Of a stretch of DNA of 64,000 nucleotides, positions 60,474 through 64,000 are shown piece after piece. The stretch lies in contig JAQOWU010000008.1 in the NCBI GenBank assembly GCA_030867685.1, positions 3,534,001 through 3,598,000 of the forward strand. The letters are read 5' to 3'. The position numbers were made by a program, and so were the translations under genes. This stretch comes from Wickerhamiella versatilis (Eukaryota). Each line of letters starts with the position of its first letter. The first letter of the stretch is position 1. The notes beneath the pieces are model-generated. The model worked only from the letters and a program-made list of their open reading frames with translations, was not told the DNA's origin and ran no database searches.

Positions 60474-63254
60474 CTACCACAGACCAGGTCTAATGGCTTG
60501 AGTGTCTATTTTATTTTCAAGATCGTTCTCATCAATTTCTATTTTCCATGCGGATTCCGGATCATTTTCAAGTACGGCAAGGACTGAAATCTTACCCAAT
60601 TTTGCGGAGTCATTAACTGGTATTAGAGCCTTGACAGTCCCAGGTGGTCCATGAATACGCATTAACATCTTAAAACGTTCGTCAGGCTTATATTCATAGG
60701 CTGTAAGAAAAACCGTCTGATCTGCTATTAAAACAACCGTTCGGCCAGCTATGTAGCCAACATAGTGAGTGGGGCAGACTTGAGCCAGACGAAATCTATC
60801 GGTGCAAGTTTGATTCCTAAGTTCATGAAGAGTCCACGTCCCCCGGGTTGTGGATACTATCGCTGTGGTTTGGAAGCCAGTGATATGCTGAACCTCACCA
60901 GGGCATGTAAATTCCTCCCATTTTCCCATCTCCACGCTTTTTTGTGAAACTTTCACGGAAATGCACCAAACACGCTCTTTCTTGGCAATAAGAATATCGC
61001 CTGTATCGTCATTGGTAGTTAGTATTTTAGGAACTGTGGGTAACTCATGCTTTAGACGTCGCTTAAGCAATATATCGGTTGATTCAACTCGGGATAGACT
61101 GTAAGACAGTAGGCGGAGACCATCGACAACCAAAAGATGTTCCCAACGCCCCTGTTCTATATCAGATGAATAAAAAGTCCATCGTCTCGTCAGGCTTGCC
61201 TTATGCGGTGGACTAGTACAATTAACACGGAGCCTGTGGAGTGTCCGCAGATCGTAGAGGTATATCTGTTGATTCTTCGTAGAGGCGAGAACTAGAGATG
61301 CTTGCAATATTGACAGAGATCCATCTGGTGGACCACGTAAATGGGTAGCGGTAATGGGTGGTGCAGAAGTCCACTCGGGTACTCGAAGCGCTAGTAATTT
61401 CCCACGACATTGTAATACGACTAATGCTGCCACATGAGGGTTCCCACCGATATATGCCACACATGCAGCACTTATAGGACCCTTTCGAGGATGCGATAAT
61501 GCGATTGCTCCTGAAGATCCAATGAGCCAAAGATGCTCGCCATCATTACCAAGAACACTTCCCAGTCGGTTACCCATGGGGCATTCGACGAGCTCTAATG
61601 GACTGCAAAATTCATAGACCTGCCACTTGGTCGCACAAAGATTTTTCCGACAGACAGCATAGTCCTCATTACCTCCAAGTTGCGCAAAATCAGTGCTTTC
61701 TTCTTCAGAATAGCAATGCCTGATGGTACCGTTGGCTGACCATAGTTGAACTTCTCGCGGAAACCCAACGATCAACTCATTCTCTGATTGATTTTTTAAA
61801 TAAGTGACATCTTCACGGGTATATTGTGTTTCAGGTGGACTTGTTGGTGAAATCTTTATCAAGCCGTGATTCTCGATATACACTAGTGCGAGACCATAGC
61901 AAACAGCGGCGTGAATTGCACGCGCGGGGAGGCTGTTCACAGATAAGAGCATTATTTTACCATAGGAAATTTGATACCACCGGATAGTTTTAGGAGAAAT
62001 GATAGCGAATGTTTGATGATTCTCGTCATATTCACCGACCGCCAATAAGCTATCATTCTGGGATTCTGAGAATGATTCAGATACAAGAAGTCTATCATTA
62101 CCATCATATTCAAGAACAGTAGTTCCATAAGAAGTCACCAAAAAAAGCCATTTTGGATCAAGCCACAAGAGGCGATTAAGTGGTGGACATGGCTCTTGCA
62201 TCAGCTCTTGTACTTGATTCCGTGGCTCAAAAACAGATATTCCTTGACTACTACTCGTAAAAAGCCTATTACGATCGATGATACCATGCTCCACTGATAA
62301 TTGAGGGCTCTCGTCAACTTCATAGCATATGGAATCTCCGTTCAAATTCAAACAAAAGTTGGAGCCAGAACCAACAATGCGACTATTTATTGGCTCCACA
62401 GAAACTTTGGGAAAAAAATGCAATTCCAGAATTTGTGACTGGTCAATGCTAAAAAGCCTCCCATCTGTGCTATCATATGCCTGAGGGTCTTGTTCAGGTA
62501 TCCACCGACGACCCACCGTGTTTCCAGAGAGTGCATCAGACAAGTTGACCGCAGTTACTCCGTGCTTTCGACAAATGGCGACAGCATCATGGCGGATGGT
62601 CCAGATCTGCCGGATTTCTCCTAAGTCGTAATCGATGGGCAAAGTGCAAATCGTTTCAGTCACCGAGCACACCCGAATTCGAGGTTGCCGTGAAGGCTGT
62701 GCGATCCATAGCAGAGGTCCAGTATCCGAGCTCAGGTCCCATGTCAAAGCCATTGGCCTTGGCAAAGGTGTTGCATCGTCTTCAAGGGGCAATCTGAAAC
62801 GACCACAGAATTTAAGTCCATTTTCCAAGCAGGAGTACAGAGCTACTGCCCCATCCATAATTGCTATGTATTGGCCACTAGGTTCTGCAACTATGCCAAT
62901 AGTCTTTGGTTCCCTATTGGGAAGCATTATTCTTTGGCGCCATACAAGCCTAGCCATACAGCTAGAACACGATATACAAACAACTTCGCCCGAACCAAGC
63001 AGTAAAAAAACGGAATTCGCGTGACAAGCTGCGTCAAGAATAACTGATCCTAGCTGTATACAAAAGGCCATGTATTCCACAGCTGATCGGGTGACTTTGA
63101 CCAATTTCTCATTCACATAGAAAAGGCGACACAGCCTTGTACTAGGAAGGATTGGTGTATAATGATATGCACAATTTAATGAAGGCAAGGCCAGTTCAAC
63201 ATCCCACAACGCGGAGATACCTGATATGCCTGACACTTCACCCCCCTCCGCCAT
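60474..63254 (-). CDS. Divergent beta-propeller protein, probably of the DDB1/Mms1/Rse1/Cft1 family (Mms1-like)
   Basis: 926-aa beta-strand-rich ORF; TPILPS near the N-terminus and GIVAEPSGQYIAI resemble the family's LAVDP.GR..AV blade. The ORF is secure; the family call is tentative. Confidence 0.5.
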   Translation of the reverse strand: MAEGGEVSGISGISALWDVELALPSLNCAYHYTPILPSTRLCRLFYVNEKLVKVTRSAVEYMAFCIQLGSVILDAACHANSVFLLLGSGEVVCISCSSCMARLVWRQRIMLPNREPKTIGIVAEPSGQYIAIMDGAVALYSCLENGLKFCGRFRLPLEDDATPLPRPMALTWDLSSDTGPLLWIAQPSRQPRIRVCSVTETICTLPIDYDLGEIRQIWTIRHDAVAICRKHGVTAVNLSDALSGNTVGRRWIPEQDPQAYDSTDGRLFSIDQSQILELHFFPKVSVEPINSRIVGSGSNFCLNLNGDSICYEVDESPQLSVEHGIIDRNRLFTSSSQGISVFEPRNQVQELMQEPCPPLNRLLWLDPKWLFLVTSYGTTVLEYDGNDRLLVSESFSESQNDSLLAVGEYDENHQTFAIISPKTIRWYQISYGKIMLLSVNSLPARAIHAAVCYGLALVYIENHGLIKISPTSPPETQYTREDVTYLKNQSENELIVGFPREVQLWSANGTIRHCYSEEESTDFAQLGGNEDYAVCRKNLCATKWQVYEFCSPLELVECPMGNRLGSVLGNDGEHLWLIGSSGAIALSHPRKGPISAACVAYIGGNPHVAALVVLQCRGKLLALRVPEWTSAPPITATHLRGPPDGSLSILQASLVLASTKNQQIYLYDLRTLHRLRVNCTSPPHKASLTRRWTFYSSDIEQGRWEHLLVVDGLRLLSYSLSRVESTDILLKRRLKHELPTVPKILTTNDDTGDILIAKKERVWCISVKVSQKSVEMGKWEEFTCPGEVQHITGFQTTAIVSTTRGTWTLHELRNQTCTDRFRLAQVCPTHYVGYIAGRTVVLIADQTVFLTAYEYKPDERFKMLMRIHGPPGTVKALIPVNDSAKLGKISVLAVLENDPESAWKIEIDENDLENKIDTQAIRPGLW

Positions 63255-63574
63255 GTATAATAGTAAGCGTTATTGAACAGATGAGAATTTCAACTACTGA
63301 GGTCAAATTATGGCCTCTTTCTGAGCTATTTTGAATAAAATTCTCGAAAAAAATACTTTGTAGATAGGCCTAGGGTGCCATGTTGTGGCCAATAGATATA
63401 CATATCAACCTAAGTACAGGAAAGCAAATGCAGGGTAATGCAAATATATTTTCTTATTGCAAGTCAATTTATAATGGCTGTAGTTTGCCAAATCCTGCCG
63501 TTGAATATTTGACAACCCGTACCCGAGGGGTAGGTGTAGTTTCGTCAGCAGTCTGTCGAGTAAAGGACGCACAG

Positions 63575-64000
63575 ATGGCACCGGTTTATGCTGCGGTGTA
63601 TTCTAGCGTCCCTGTATGGATGTTGACGGCAAATGGGGTTGGCGTCATGCGCCGTCAGGGTGATGGCTGGGTCAATGCAACCCACCTTCTAAAGGTGGCA
63701 GCTTTGGATAAGCCTCGTCGTACGCGAATCCTTGAACGCGACATCCAAACCGGAGAGCATGAAAAGGTTCAAGGAGGATATGGTAAGTATCAAGGCACGT
63801 GGATTCCCCCAGACCGTGCTATTGAACTAGCAAAGCAGTTCAATATTTTGGATGAGGTTCGTGATCTCCTTATGTATTCTTCAGACACCAATGGTGCAGC
63901 AGAGGCACTTCCCCCTCCACCACGGCAAACTTCTGTCGCACGTAAAGCACCCGCTGAAAGAAGGCCGTTGAAGCGTGCCCGCAAAGCTACCACGATGCCA
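63575..64000 (+). CDS. MBP1: APSES/KilA-N G1/S transcription factor Mbp1/Swi4 family, 5' part (runs off window)
   Basis: VYAAVYSSVPV, VMRR..DGWVNATHLLKVA, RTRILE, HEKVQGGYGKYQGTWIP; not listed in the ORF track. Confidence 0.88.
   Translation, partial: MAPVYAAVYSSVPVWMLTANGVGVMRRQGDGWVNATHLLKVAALDKPRRTRILERDIQTGEHEKVQGGYGKYQGTWIPPDRAIELAKQFNILDEVRDLLMYSSDTNGAAEALPPPPRQTSVARKAPAERRPLKRARKATTMP

Noticed and set aside
1..64000. Horizontally acquired bacterial genes, transposons/LTRs, CRISPR arrays, alternative genetic code
   Set aside because: All recognisable proteins look eukaryotic/fungal; no transposase, RT or long direct repeats seen; conserved proteins translate sensibly with the standard code

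Overview
Very gene-dense, nearly intron-free fungal (yeast) nuclear DNA, read with the standard genetic code. It holds about 44 protein-coding genes in 64 kb, mostly conserved housekeeping genes: COQ3, VPS60, RIB3, WRS1, SOD2, DPM2, SRP21, SSH4, SEC63, MEX67, V-ATPase subunit a, homocitrate synthase, MOT1, CLP1, MIP1, SEN34, SEC22, PMT4, MGM101, CSM3, ISN1, RPS4, CBC2, PPQ1, BOI, CDC27, LSM4 and a partial MBP1/SWI4. Genes that S. cerevisiae lacks or has only in reduced form (POLD4/Cdm1, TSC1, Mug70-type CBS-PB1, an NDUFA11-like protein, full-length CCDC124), together with the extreme compaction, suggest an early-diverging Saccharomycotina yeast such as the Trichomonascaceae or Wickerhamiella/Starmerella group; this is inference. 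I saw no transposon, tRNA, rRNA or clearly bacterial-derived gene, and no complete novel multi-gene system can be demonstrated from sequence alone. Best leads: an unexplained GC-rich, hairpin-rich island between the convergent MOT1 and CLP1 genes, including a telomerase-template-like 20-nt unit; a REEP/Atg40-like protein with an Atg8-interacting motif; several orphan ORFs with recognisable motifs; and gene junctions too short to hold normal promoters. All gene identities come from motif recognition by eye, not database searches.
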